Positions 29,263 to 39,474 of a DNA stretch of 64,000 nt are shown here, piece by piece (position 1 is the stretch's first letter; each line of letters starts with the position of its first letter). The position numbers were made by a program, and so were the translations under genes. A model generated the notes under the pieces. The model had not been told where the DNA came from. It did no database searches and saw nothing but the letters and a program-made list of their open reading frames with translations. This DNA comes from a bacterium (GTDB lineage: Bacteria; Hydrothermota; DG-26; JAUXAN01), in the NCBI GenBank assembly GCA_030619885.1, contig JAUXAN010000004.1, positions 12,575 through 76,574 of the forward strand, written 5' to 3'.

Positions 29263-32200
29263 TTACGATACTAAGCATGCTTTGACCATTTCAGAGATTT
29301 GTTTTGATTTAAATCCGAGTTGTTGCATTGCTCCTGATGGACAGGCACCCACACAACTCCCACAACCTTTACATAATGCTTTGTTGACCTGTGAAACTCT
29401 TTTCCTATCTTTTATAACAATCTCTAAAGCACCATAAGCACATACACTCTCACATACTCCACAACCTGAACAAATGTCTTCATTTACACTCGCAACAATG
29501 GCTTCTGCCTCGTACTTATCTTTTGAGATAATGGTACAAGCCCTTGAAGCTGCAGCGCAGGCTTGTGAAATTGTTTCATCGATAGTCTTTGGTGAGTGTG
29601 CCATTCCTGCTACGAATATTCCTTCTGTGGCAAAATCCACAGGCCGCAGCTTCACATGTGCTTCAAGGAAGAAGTTGTCGCTCCCTAAAGGCACTTTAAG
29701 TAATTTGGCAATCTCTTCATTACCGTGCTCTGGATGGATGCCTGCACTCAGGACGAGGAGATCCGCATCAATAATTAGCTGCTCCTTGAGAATTGGGTCA
29801 AGAAGGGATACTTTAATTGAACCATCTTGGACTATAAGCTCAGGTTTTTGATTCTCATCATAGCGGATGAAAGTAACCCCTCTGTCACGTGCTTCCCGAT
29901 AATAAATTTCACGCGTTCCGTAAGTCCTGATATCACGATATAAGATAAATATGTTAACTTGAGGATTGAGTTCAAGCAACTTGAGTGAATTTTTTATTGC
30001 CTGAGTGCAACATACCCTACTACAATAAGGATGTTCATTATCCCGTGAACCCACACACTGAATCATCACCACAGATTGGTAATTGTTGATTGGTGATTGG
30101 TGATTAGAAAGGAGTTCTTCCAGTTCGTGTTGTGTTATTACCTGGGTGTGCTTGTCATATAAATATTCATTGGGCTTGTATTCACGGGCTCCTGTAGCTA
30201 CAATTACAATACCGTGCTCTAATTCGTTATTCGTTATTCGTGATTCGTGATTCGTAGTGATACTGGTTTTGTAGTTTCCAATGTAGCCCTCGATGTTCTC
30301 AATACTTGTTCCTTTGTAAACTTTGATTCGTGGATGATTTTCTACCGCATCAATTAATGAGTCCAGGTATTTTTGAACATTCTCACCTTTGATTGTATAG
30401 TGCAGATTTCTCAGGTTTCCGCCAAGTTCAGATTCTTTCTCAACAAGAAACACTTCAAATCCTTGATTGGCAATGGATAAAGCAGAAACCACCCCAGCAA
30501 GTCCACCACCAATAATTAATCCCTTTTGTATCACATCAAGTTCTATTGTAGGCAGCGGTTCTAATAGTTTTACCTTGGCAACTGCCATTCTTACTAAATC
30601 TTTTGCCTTTCTGGTAGCTTCTTCTGGTTCATTCATATGAACCCAGGAGCATTGGTCTCTAATGTTTGCCATCTCAAAGAGATGTGGATTTAGACCTGCT
30701 TCCCTTATCGTTTCCTGGAACAGAGGCTCGTGGGTTCTTGGTGTACAGGAGGCAACAATTACTCGGTTAAGGTTATGCTCTTTTATTTTCTCCACAATTT
30801 TTCTCTGTGTATCTTGTGAGCAGGTAAACAGGTTTTCCTCTGCATATACGACATTGGGCAGAGTTTTTGCATACTCGACTACCAATGGCACATCTACATA
30901 AGCACCTATGTTAATACCACATCTACAGATAAAGACACCAATTCTTGGTGGTTTTCCTGTAACATCAATCTCCTCTGGGTATTCCTTCCTGGTTATCAAA
31001 GTATTTCTTGCAACTGCAAGTAGCGAAGCAACCTCGGATGCTGCACCTGATGCCTGAGTTACTGTCTCGGGTATGTCCTTGGGTCCCTGAAATACACCTG
31101 AGACAAATATACCCGGTCTTGAAGTCTGCGTGGGATGAAATTCATCAGTTTCACAGAAACCGTATTCATTCAGGTCAATACCTATTCTTTTACTCAACTC
31201 CATTGCTTCTTCTGATGGGACAAGTCCTACAGAAAGAACTACAAGATGAAATTCTTCTTGCTTAAGTTCTCCTTCTTCGGTTTCATACTTTAGATAAAGG
31301 TTATGGGTTTCTGGGTCTTCTTCTATAGATGAGATTCTTGCCCGTATATATCTCACTCCATATTCACTTTTTGATCTTTCATAGTATTTATCGAAATCTT
31401 TGCCATAAGCTCTCATATCCATAAAGAATATTGTGGGATCAACTTCTGGTGAGTGCTCTTTTGTAATTATTGCCTCTTTTGTAGCATACATACAACATAC
31501 TGATGAGCAATACGGCTTGCCTTTTCTATTTTCTCTTGAGCCAACACATTGGATCCAGGCGATCCTTTTCGGTGGCTTCTTATCCGAAGGTCTCAGTGTA
31601 TGTCCTTCATATGGACCTGCTGCTGATAGAATGCGCTCAAATTGCAAAGATGTGATAACATTTGAAAAGCGTTTGTATCCATATTCGCCTTTAATTTCAG
31701 GCGAGAATATTTGTGAGCCAAGCGATAGAAGAACTGCTCCTACTTCAATTTCCATGTCTTCTTCTACCATATCATGCAAGATTGCATCTGCTTCGCAATT
31801 CTTGACGCATTGGAGACATTCAGAACATACTCCACAATTAAGACATCTTTCTGCTTCTTTAATTGCTGTCTCTTTACTTTCATAGCCTAATTCAACCTTT
31901 TCCCAATCTTTGCGCCTTACATCGGGTGGCCGTTTTGGTAAATCAATCCTTTTCTCTTTCTTGACTTCCTTCTCTGGGAGTTCTGCTACCTTTACCTCTT
32001 TTTTTTCTCTATCAACCTTTATGTCTATTCCTTGGAGATACCTATCTATAGAGATAGCCGCCTCATGAGCCTGTCCTACTGCTTCAACTACTGAAGCAGG
32101 ACCCTTTACAATATCACCACCTGCAAAGACCCACGGAATATTTGTCTGAAGAGTAATTTCATCAACTTTGAATGTCTTCCATGAAGTGGTCTCCAGTTTT

Positions 32201-33711
32201 TCAAATCCAGTGAAATCTGGCTCCTGCCCTATAGCAATTATAATTGTATCTCCATTTAGGGTGGCATCTGTGCCTTCCTCAAGTTTTGGCCTAAATCTAC
32301 CTTGGGCATCAAACACAGAAGAGCACACCAATGTCTCGAGTCCTACAACCTTTCCGTCCTCACTAAAAATTCTCTTCGGGCCTCGACAAGGATGAAAAAT
32401 TACCCCTTCCTCATCTGCCTCTTCAATCTCCCAATTATGGGCAGGCATCCTATCTTTAGAAGATAAATCCCTTGTTTCAAGGCAGACAAGATGAACTTCT
32501 TTAGCACCCAATCTGAGGGAACTTTTTGCACAATCGATCGCTACATTACCACCTCCTATAACTATTACCTTCTCACCAATTCTTACTTCTTGCTTTGCCT
32601 TTACTGACTTCAGGAATGGAATCCCGTAGAGCACTCCATCGGCATCTGTGCCTTCAATAGGTAATCGTTTTGGATTCTGTGCCCCAATAGCAACAAAAAC
32701 TGCTTTGTATCCTTGATTTTTTATATCCTCCAGAGATAAGTTTCTTCCAATGGTAATGCCTGTTTTTAGTTCTATGCCGTGAGCAAGCATTCTCTCGATA
32801 TCATATTTTGCAATATCTTCAGGGATTCTATATTCTGGTAAGCATGATGTAATCATCCCTCCTGGTTTGCCCATTGATTCGAAGACAGTGACTGGGTAGC
32901 CTATTTTTAAAAGTTCAAGTGAACAGGCGAGTCCAGCAGGTCCAGCTCCGATGATTGCTATTTTCTCTTTCTTGTCAGGCTTTATTGGATTTACTGGCTC
33001 ATCTCCTTCGGTTCTTGCCCAATCACTCACAAACCTTTTTAATAGTCTGATTGCGATAGGTTCATCAATTTCTTTACGGTTACATTCTTCCTCACACGGG
33101 TGATGACATGCTCTTCCACAAACAGAGGGGAGCGGCATGTTTTCCCTTACGAGTTCTATAGCCTCTTTGAACTTTCCTTGTGAAATTAGTGCTACATAAC
33201 CTTGCGTATGGACTCTTGCTGGACAAGCATTTGTGCAAGGTGGCACCCCTGCTTTTTCTATAGCAAAGGCATTTGGCACAGCTTGTGGGTATAGCTTATA
33301 TATTGCCTTTCTCGTTGTAAGCTCTTGTTCGTATTCGTTCAACACCTCTACAGGACAAGACTCAACACATTCACCACAACCTGTACATTTGTTTATATCA
33401 ATATATCTGGGGTGTTTCTTTAACTTGGTTTTGAAATTACCTGCCTCTCCTGTTAGTTCTTCTACTTCTGCATTGGTTATGAGTTCAATGTTTGGATGTC
33501 TACCTGTGGCTACTAACTTTGGTGCAAGAATGCACATAGAACAGTCGTTGGTAGGAAAAGTTTTATCCAGTTGCGCCATTACACCACCAATGCTGGGATT
33601 CTTGTCCACAAGATAGACCTTGAAACCTGAGTCTGCCAAATCCAGAGATGCTTGAATGCCGCCTATCCCACCGCCGACGACTAATACGGCACCAACTTTT
33701 TTATTATCCAT
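29263..33711 (-). CDS. hdrA: Large HdrA-like flavoprotein (HdrL type: HdrA module + NfnB/GltD-like NAD(P)H module + second HdrA module)
   Basis: GGGIGGIQASLDLA, LDKTFPTNDCSMC, CGRACHHPCEEEC, IIGAGPAG, IQCVGSR, CSSVCC, LRPVDF, terminal ferredoxin motifs. Confidence 0.92.
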   Translation of the reverse strand: MDNKKVGAVLVVGGGIGGIQASLDLADSGFKVYLVDKNPSIGGVMAQLDKTFPTNDCSMCILAPKLVATGRHPNIELITNAEVEELTGEAGNFKTKLKKHPRYIDINKCTGCGECVESCPVEVLNEYEQELTTRKAIYKLYPQAVPNAFAIEKAGVPPCTNACPARVHTQGYVALISQGKFKEAIELVRENMPLPSVCGRACHHPCEEECNRKEIDEPIAIRLLKRFVSDWARTEGDEPVNPIKPDKKEKIAIIGAGPAGLACSLELLKIGYPVTVFESMGKPGGMITSCLPEYRIPEDIAKYDIERMLAHGIELKTGITIGRNLSLEDIKNQGYKAVFVAIGAQNPKRLPIEGTDADGVLYGIPFLKSVKAKQEVRIGEKVIVIGGGNVAIDCAKSSLRLGAKEVHLVCLETRDLSSKDRMPAHNWEIEEADEEGVIFHPCRGPKRIFSEDGKVVGLETLVCSSVFDAQGRFRPKLEEGTDATLNGDTIIIAIGQEPDFTGFEKLETTSWKTFKVDEITLQTNIPWVFAGGDIVKGPASVVEAVGQAHEAAISIDRYLQGIDIKVDREKKEVKVAELPEKEVKKEKRIDLPKRPPDVRRKDWEKVELGYESKETAIKEAERCLNCGVCSECLQCVKNCEADAILHDMVEEDMEIEVGAVLLSLGSQIFSPEIKGEYGYKRFSNVITSLQFERILSAAGPYEGHTLRPSDKKPPKRIAWIQCVGSRENRKGKPYCSSVCCMYATKEAIITKEHSPEVDPTIFFMDMRAYGKDFDKYYERSKSEYGVRYIRARISSIEEDPETHNLYLKYETEEGELKQEEFHLVVLSVGLVPSEEAMELSKRIGIDLNEYGFCETDEFHPTQTSRPGIFVSGVFQGPKDIPETVTQASGAASEVASLLAVARNTLITRKEYPEEIDVTGKPPRIGVFICRCGINIGAYVDVPLVVEYAKTLPNVVYAEENLFTCSQDTQRKIVEKIKEHNLNRVIVASCTPRTHEPLFQETIREAGLNPHLFEMANIRDQCSWVHMNEPEEATRKAKDLVRMAVAKVKLLEPLPTIELDVIQKGLIIGGGLAGVVSALSIANQGFEVFLVEKESELGGNLRNLHYTIKGENVQKYLDSLIDAVENHPRIKVYKGTSIENIEGYIGNYKTSITTNHESRITNNELEHGIVIVATGAREYKPNEYLYDKHTQVITQHELEELLSNHQSPINNYQSVVMIQCVGSRDNEHPYCSRVCCTQAIKNSLKLLELNPQVNIFILYRDIRTYGTREIYYREARDRGVTFIRYDENQKPELIVQDGSIKVSLLDPILKEQLIIDADLLVLSAGIHPEHGNEEIAKLLKVPLGSDNFFLEAHVKLRPVDFATEGIFVAGMAHSPKTIDETISQACAAASRACTIISKDKYEAEAIVASVNEDICSGCGVCESVCAYGALEIVIKDRKRVSQVNKALCKGCGSCVGACPSGAMQQLGFKSKQISEMVKACLVS

Positions 33712-33713
33712 GG

Positions 33714-34631
33714 CTAACTGCTAAACTTACACTGCTCATTTTGCATTGATTTCGTTTCTATCCTTTCAAGCAGGCTATCTGCTTTTACTTTGTTGAGATT
33801 AAATCCGAGTAGCTTTCGGTTGATTCCAAGTGCCAACCCCAGAAGCTGTGGATAATAAAGTACAGGTAAGTTGTAACTTGTTTGAAACTTTGTTCCAATT
33901 CGCTTTTGGTTTTCATCATACATTGCACCACAAAATGGACACATAAGGACAATTGCATCTGCGCCACTTACTTTCACACTATCCAACTTCTTTTGTGCTA
34001 TAGAGAGGGCGATATCTTCATTTATGGCTAACACACCAGCTCCACAACAATGTTCCTTTTCCAGATAATCAATAGACTTGGCAGCCGTTATTTCAATGAG
34101 TTCATCAAGTGAATGAGGGTTTTCAGAGTCATCATAATTGTCATATATATCTGATGGTTTAAGGTAATGGCATCCATAATGAGGTGCAACAGTGATACCA
34201 GATAGTTTCCTTTTTATCTTTGAACTTATCTTTTCGGATCCCAAATCTTCATGCAAAATCCTGATCAAGTGTTTTACTTTGATATTTTGGGCGAACCCAT
34301 ACTTGCCATCTTCCTTGCCCAATTTTGACAGTACTTTCTGTCTTGCCTTATCATTGCTTGCAAGATAGCGACTGACCTCTACTAAGGTCCCAGCACAGGC
34401 ACTGCAAAGCACACAGATATTAAGACCAGCATCTTCAGCAGCAATAAGGTTACGAGCTGCTATAAGAATGAAACTTTCATAATGCACGGATTTCACAGGA
34501 AAGCCACAACACTCAAACTCAGGTAAGTCAATAAGTTCGATTCCAATAGCTTCAGCTACCCTGCGGGTTGATAGCTCATAATTTCTTGCTTTAGTTGGTG
34601 CTGTACAGCCTAAGAATAGAGCATATTTCAT
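33714..34631 (-). CDS. hdrB: Heterodisulfide reductase subunit B-like (two CCG domains)
   Basis: FLGC, CCGFP, CSAC, HYGCHYLKP, CCGAG, CPFC. Confidence 0.9.
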   Translation of the reverse strand: MKYALFLGCTAPTKARNYELSTRRVAEAIGIELIDLPEFECCGFPVKSVHYESFILIAARNLIAAEDAGLNICVLCSACAGTLVEVSRYLASNDKARQKVLSKLGKEDGKYGFAQNIKVKHLIRILHEDLGSEKISSKIKRKLSGITVAPHYGCHYLKPSDIYDNYDDSENPHSLDELIEITAAKSIDYLEKEHCCGAGVLAINEDIALSIAQKKLDSVKVSGADAIVLMCPFCGAMYDENQKRIGTKFQTSYNLPVLYYPQLLGLALGINRKLLGFNLNKVKADSLLERIETKSMQNEQCKFSS

Positions 34632-34638
34632 ATTAAAT

Positions 34639-35961
34639 TTATTTCTTCAGAATATCCAGTAGTCCTGAAGTCTCAAATATTTTGGCCGCTGATCCTTCAC
34701 CGGTCCATAATTTAGGCAAACCAAGTTTTTCCCTTCTGCGATTATCAAACTCATCTATCTCATATAGCCTACCGTGTTTTGCTAATAAATCTACTTGAGC
34801 AGTAAAGACTGGGTGAGTGTAGCCCTCTTTGACAGCTATATTTTTAATGGCATTGACAATGTTAGTGAACTTCACATCCTGGGGACAGCGCTCAGTGCAA
34901 GCATAACAGGTTGAACATAGCCAGATGAAGTCACTCTTAAGAATCCTTTCCTTCATACCAAGCAATGCCATACGGATAATTTTTCTTGGATTGTATTTAC
35001 TGTCTATTTCCCTTACAGGACAGGTAGCAGTGCATATACCACAACCAAAGCAGACCTTAATATTTTCGCCACCGGGCTCTCTGGCTATCTCGTGCTTAAA
35101 ATTTGGATTAAGTGCACTTATTTGGACGTATCTGTCAGTTTTCCGTTCCACTATTTCGCGCCTGAGCCACCACCTTATCATTGCATCACCAGATAGTAGA
35201 TTGGCAAGTTCTTTGGCAAAGTCAGAGGTTCTAATTCTAGCAATCCAGCCTTTACCATACGGGTCACTATTCAACAAAGAACTATCTTTTTTTAGCAATT
35301 CATTAACCTCTGCGATCTGTCCATTTACAGGTGCCAATAACTTGTATACACGCCCTGCTGCGCCATAAATTTCAGCACAAGGATTACCTTGCTCAATTAT
35401 AGTGTCTTTTGATGGGATCTTTATATCAGTTATAACACCGATGGTTTTCTGAAAAACATCGTCTATTCCAATATCTACTGTATTTTCAGTCACCACTTTT
35501 ACCCAACTGTGTTCTGGCAGATAATAAAGGTCGGCTGGCATATTGTATTCAAAGGCGACACGATTTTTTGTAGCTCTCAATCTCTCTTCACGGAGAAGTC
35601 TGCGACGCTCAATTGCCCTATCCACAACGCTACGAAGCTCATCTGGGGTAAATGGTTTGGATATGTAATCAAAAGCACCGAGCTTCATTGCCTCAACTGC
35701 GGTCTGAACCGTGGCATAACCGGTAATCATTATTATATCTGTCTCAGGTTCTTTATCTTTCACAATTTTCAATAGTTGAATCCCACTCAAACCGGGTAGC
35801 TTGAGGTCAGTTACTATAGCATCGTATCTGCCTGCCTCTATCTTATCGAGAGCCTCTTCTGCATTCAGGGTTGTTTCCACTTCATAGCCAGTTTTTGTCA
35901 AAGTTGCTTCACACCCATCAAGCACAACAGGCTCATCGTCAACAACTAAAATACAAGACAT
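34639..35961 (-). CDS. hdrC: Fusion: response-regulator receiver + GcvH-like domain + HdrC (2x[4Fe-4S])
   Basis: VVDDE...DLKLPG...KPF; HSWV...IGIDD...NSDPYGKGW; CFGCGICTATCP...CSTCYACTERCP. Confidence 0.88.
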   Translation of the reverse strand: MSCILVVDDEPVVLDGCEATLTKTGYEVETTLNAEEALDKIEAGRYDAIVTDLKLPGLSGIQLLKIVKDKEPETDIIMITGYATVQTAVEAMKLGAFDYISKPFTPDELRSVVDRAIERRRLLREERLRATKNRVAFEYNMPADLYYLPEHSWVKVVTENTVDIGIDDVFQKTIGVITDIKIPSKDTIIEQGNPCAEIYGAAGRVYKLLAPVNGQIAEVNELLKKDSSLLNSDPYGKGWIARIRTSDFAKELANLLSGDAMIRWWLRREIVERKTDRYVQISALNPNFKHEIAREPGGENIKVCFGCGICTATCPVREIDSKYNPRKIIRMALLGMKERILKSDFIWLCSTCYACTERCPQDVKFTNIVNAIKNIAVKEGYTHPVFTAQVDLLAKHGRLYEIDEFDNRRREKLGLPKLWTGEGSAAKIFETSGLLDILKK

Positions 35962-35990
35962 AAGTTAAAAATCAAAATGAATATAAAATT

Positions 35991-36419
35991 CTATTTCTTC
36001 TTCTCCACCTCTTTTATCTTCTGTTTAAGCCATGGTTCAACTGCATCACCATGATATAACTTTTTAAGCTCTTCCTCTAATTTAGATAGTTTCACAATCA
36101 TTATCCAACCTTCTCCATAAGGGTCTTTGTTTATAAGTGTGCAGTTATCCTCGAGTTTCTCGTTTACTTCAACTATATTGCCTGATACAGGTGAGACAAA
36201 TTTTCCAACCCACTTGGCAGATTGAATCTTACCACAAGTCTCTCCTTGTACTATCTTATCTCCTTCAAATGGTAAATCAACATAAGTTGTATCTCCTGCT
36301 AACTTCTGATAGAAGTCAGTCATCCCAACCCTAACATTGTCACCCTCTACTTTTACCCATGTATCTTCTTCATGGTAGTAGAGTTCATCTGGCATGTTAT
36401 AATCTTCTATCACTGCCAT
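35991..36419 (-). CDS. gcvH: Glycine cleavage H-family lipoyl carrier (LbpA-like SAKWVG motif)
   Basis: EDTWV...VGMTDF...IQSAKWVGKFVSPVSG...NKDPYGEGW; Lys at the canonical lipoylation position. Confidence 0.88.
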   Translation of the reverse strand: MAVIEDYNMPDELYYHEEDTWVKVEGDNVRVGMTDFYQKLAGDTTYVDLPFEGDKIVQGETCGKIQSAKWVGKFVSPVSGNIVEVNEKLEDNCTLINKDPYGEGWIMIVKLSKLEEELKKLYHGDAVEPWLKQKIKEVEKKK

Positions 36420-36442
36420 AATACCTCCTTTCCATTTACCTC

Positions 36443-37492
36443 CTATTTTGCTATCACAATTGCATTTGTGAAATCCTCAGGCTCTACTTTAGGGGTCTCT
36501 ATTTTGTGCTTATCGTAAAACTTTTCAATTTTTAGATTTATTAGACTATCTTTGCGTTTTGTATTTGCGAGGTTTTGCTCCATAGCCTCAAGTTCAGCCT
36601 TTGGATAGAACTGGAAATCGCCAGATATGATAATATCTTCAATTATCTCTTCTTCTACTTCCTGCGAAGTTCGTATAAGCCCTCCATGGGCTTTGTATAT
36701 ACTATACAAGATCTCAACACCTTCCTTTATCCTTACTCCTTTCGGGATTCTTGGTGTCTTTTTAAATAAAAACTCTTTAGATGTAAACCATCGCTCAAGT
36801 TCAAACATCTTATTTAAAGTCTCAGATGTTAAACTAATGAGATCTAACTTGCCAAGTATCTTTTCGTATTTTTCAACAAGAACCTTCACAATGGATTCGC
36901 TTTCTGGAACAGTACCAAGTTCGCGCTTCATAGTAGTCAAGTTTTCTTTCATTGACTTGTAAATCTTATCTCTGAATTTTTCATCAGGCACTTTAAGTAT
37001 TTTGCCCATAGTTTCATAATCAAAATCCATTAGTATTCCACCAACAAGTACCATTGAATCTTCAATATCGCCGCCTCCTTCTCCTGCAATTTTTTTGCCT
37101 TCTCTTGTCACTATGTCATTTGCAGGTCTGAAATATGTATCTATGCCAAACTCTTTGTAAGTATCGCAAGGTGGCTGAGAGAGAAATTCAAATATTTCCG
37201 TAACTTTTTTAGGGAATTTAGGATTTCTTTTTTTCCATATAACTTGATAGAAGATTTGGTTTTTATCAAGATATGTTGCACCACCACCTACTTCACGACG
37301 CATAATGGGGATGCCTGCCTTTTTACAGTAGTCCAAATCTATTTCCTTTTCTGCGTCCTGAAAATATCCTACCGATGCCAGTGGAATTTTTGGTGATACA
37401 ATCACAAGCCCTTCAAATCCAAGTCTTGCGAGTGCGTGGAACCCGAGCATTGATTGCTGACCGGGAAGTTTGCCAAGATTTAGAATCTGCAT
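36443..37492 (-). CDS. lplA: Lipoate-protein ligase family protein (catalytic + C-terminal accessory domain)
   Basis: RREVGGGATYLD, RPANDI...KKIAG, KAHGGLIR...ISGDFQFYP; start refined after GGGGGAG RBS. Confidence 0.85.
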   Translation of the reverse strand: MQILNLGKLPGQQSMLGFHALARLGFEGLVIVSPKIPLASVGYFQDAEKEIDLDYCKKAGIPIMRREVGGGATYLDKNQIFYQVIWKKRNPKFPKKVTEIFEFLSQPPCDTYKEFGIDTYFRPANDIVTREGKKIAGEGGGDIEDSMVLVGGILMDFDYETMGKILKVPDEKFRDKIYKSMKENLTTMKRELGTVPESESIVKVLVEKYEKILGKLDLISLTSETLNKMFELERWFTSKEFLFKKTPRIPKGVRIKEGVEILYSIYKAHGGLIRTSQEVEEEIIEDIIISGDFQFYPKAELEAMEQNLANTKRKDSLINLKIEKFYDKHKIETPKVEPEDFTNAIVIAK

Positions 37493-37503
37493 TTCTCCCC
37501 CTT

Positions 37504-38562
37504 TCACTTTATTGCCTTCCAGATAAGGTCACTTATATTTCTCACTGTAATACTTCCATTACCACTTTCCGAGGCTGATGCAGCAGCTTTTTTAAGCACC
37601 TGTTCACAGGTTGGACACGGAGTTACAAGCATAGAGACTCCGATATCTATCGCCTGATGGATTCTTGTTTTGCCTAACTCATCTGAGAGTTCAATATCTG
37701 ACATAAGAATTCCACCTCCACCACCACAACATTGAGATTCTTTCTTGTTTCTTTCCATTTCCACAATCTCAACACCAATCTTTTTTAGAATCTCGCGTGG
37801 CTCCTCAATTATATTCATAACACGGGAAAGGTCGCATGGGTCATGATAAGTAGCCTTTATACCAAGATTTGCCGTAGGGAGATGCTCCATGATGGTCTGT
37901 GTCATATGCGTAACCTTTTTACCATATCCTTCATGCAAGAAAGCGGCACAAGTGGGACAAAGAGCCATAATTTCTTTATAGGGGAAAATCTCAAGGAACT
38001 TCTCTTTCCATTGGGCAAGTTCTTTTCTAAACCCAAGTGCATACAGTGGGAATCCACAACATATTTCTTCCTTGATTAACGGCTTTACACCGAGTTTCTC
38101 AAGGATTCTTATGTAGAGTTTTGTCTGATTGGGTCTGGCAAGATACTGGCATCCTATAAATACAGGCATTTCACCTTCCTGAATAGGTACTTTCACTTCT
38201 TCGTCTCCAAAGATATTACCCGTTCTCTTAACATTTTCTACTATAGTCTTATGTGTATCATAGGCGAAACCAGATTTAACAAGGTCTGCTCTTGCAGCAG
38301 AGATGACTCCTGGGATATCAACGTTGGCTGAACATCGTTCAACACAATCCCTGCAATAGGTACACTGAAACATACTATCTGCAATACGCTGGGAAGGCTT
38401 AAGTTCACCCGTGAGTAATCCATAAGAAAGGACGAGTTTTCCTCTGGCAGTATCAGATTCCCAACCAAGTTGTTTAAAAACAGGACAGCCTTCAAAACAA
38501 TAAGCACATCTTATGCATATACTTAACTCAGTTTCCCATTCCTTTAAATATTTGGTTTCCAT
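37504..38562 (-). CDS. Fe-S oxidoreductase with 2x[4Fe-4S] and two CCG domains (GlpC/HdrD-like)
   Basis: CIRCAYCFEGCP, CTYCRDCVERC, CCGFP, YHDPCDLSR, CCGGGGG, CPTC. Confidence 0.85.
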   Translation of the reverse strand: METKYLKEWETELSICIRCAYCFEGCPVFKQLGWESDTARGKLVLSYGLLTGELKPSQRIADSMFQCTYCRDCVERCSANVDIPGVISAARADLVKSGFAYDTHKTIVENVKRTGNIFGDEEVKVPIQEGEMPVFIGCQYLARPNQTKLYIRILEKLGVKPLIKEEICCGFPLYALGFRKELAQWKEKFLEIFPYKEIMALCPTCAAFLHEGYGKKVTHMTQTIMEHLPTANLGIKATYHDPCDLSRVMNIIEEPREILKKIGVEIVEMERNKKESQCCGGGGGILMSDIELSDELGKTRIHQAIDIGVSMLVTPCPTCEQVLKKAAASASESGNGSITVRNISDLIWKAIK

Positions 38563-38573
38563 TTTTCCTCCAA

Positions 38574-38607
38574 GATTAAGAATTAAGCATTAAGGATTAA
38601 GAATTAG
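38574..38607. repeat. Heptamer tandem tract (NATTAAG)x5
   Basis: gattaag aattaag cattaag gattaag aattag. Confidence 0.7.
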
Positions 38608-38611
38608 ATAA

Positions 38612-39400
38612 CTATATATACTGTTGTATCTTTTTTAACAGATGTTCAGGCTTTATAGGCTTAGTAATGAACTCATCCACTTTGTGCGTATCTGCCATAG
38701 TACGGGCAAAATTTTGCTTTCTAAATTGCTTGTCAAGTGCTGTTACCATAAGAATGGGTATATTGTATGTCTGAGCATCTGTTTTCAATTCACGAGATAC
38801 CGTAAAACCATCTTTGTCGGGAAGTATAGCATCCATCACAATAAGATCAGGAGACATTGCCTTTACCATTCTAATTCCGCCTTTTGCAGTATCTGTAGTT
38901 TGCACTTCATACCCGTTTGATTCCAATACCTGTCGCATTGAACGTACGAAATCCCAATCGCTATCAATAATAAGGACTTTCTTCTTCTTTGTCGGTTCAG
39001 AAACAGTGAATTTTCTGCGAGTAATCAATCCATAGACCCTGGCAAGCAACTCCTTGGGTTCAATAGGCTTCTCTGCATAGTCGTCTGCTTTGTGATGAAG
39101 AGCAATCTTCTGTGCATATTTATCCTTAGCAGTTTCAGCACTGACAGAAGTTAAGACAAGAATGGGTATATCGAAAAAGTTAGTTCTTTCCTTGAACTCA
39201 CTACAGAGTGAAAACCCATCCTGCCCAGGAAGCATTATATCCAGAATAATTAGGTCGGGTTTTTCCTTTTTAAAACTCTGTCTTGCTTCTCTGCTGTCAG
39301 ATGCTGTAACTACTTCATATCCCTTACTTTTCAATATCTTAGTTGTGGCTTTGCAGAAATCGGCATCATCGTCTACAAGTAAAATCTTTGCTCTTTCCAT
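38612..39400 (-). CDS. Tandem receiver (REC-REC) protein with no output domain
   Basis: LLVDDD...ILDIMLPG...EKP and LIIDSD...VMDAILPD...TKP. Confidence 0.88.
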   Translation of the reverse strand: MERAKILLVDDDADFCKATTKILKSKGYEVVTASDSREARQSFKKEKPDLIILDIMLPGQDGFSLCSEFKERTNFFDIPILVLTSVSAETAKDKYAQKIALHHKADDYAEKPIEPKELLARVYGLITRRKFTVSEPTKKKKVLIIDSDWDFVRSMRQVLESNGYEVQTTDTAKGGIRMVKAMSPDLIVMDAILPDKDGFTVSRELKTDAQTYNIPILMVTALDKQFRKQNFARTMADTHKVDEFITKPIKPEHLLKKIQQYI

Positions 39401-39474
39401 TTCTTACCTCCTGTTTTAGCCACGGAATACACAGATTTTTCCAAGTTCTTAAAATATCAGTGTTAATCTCTATG

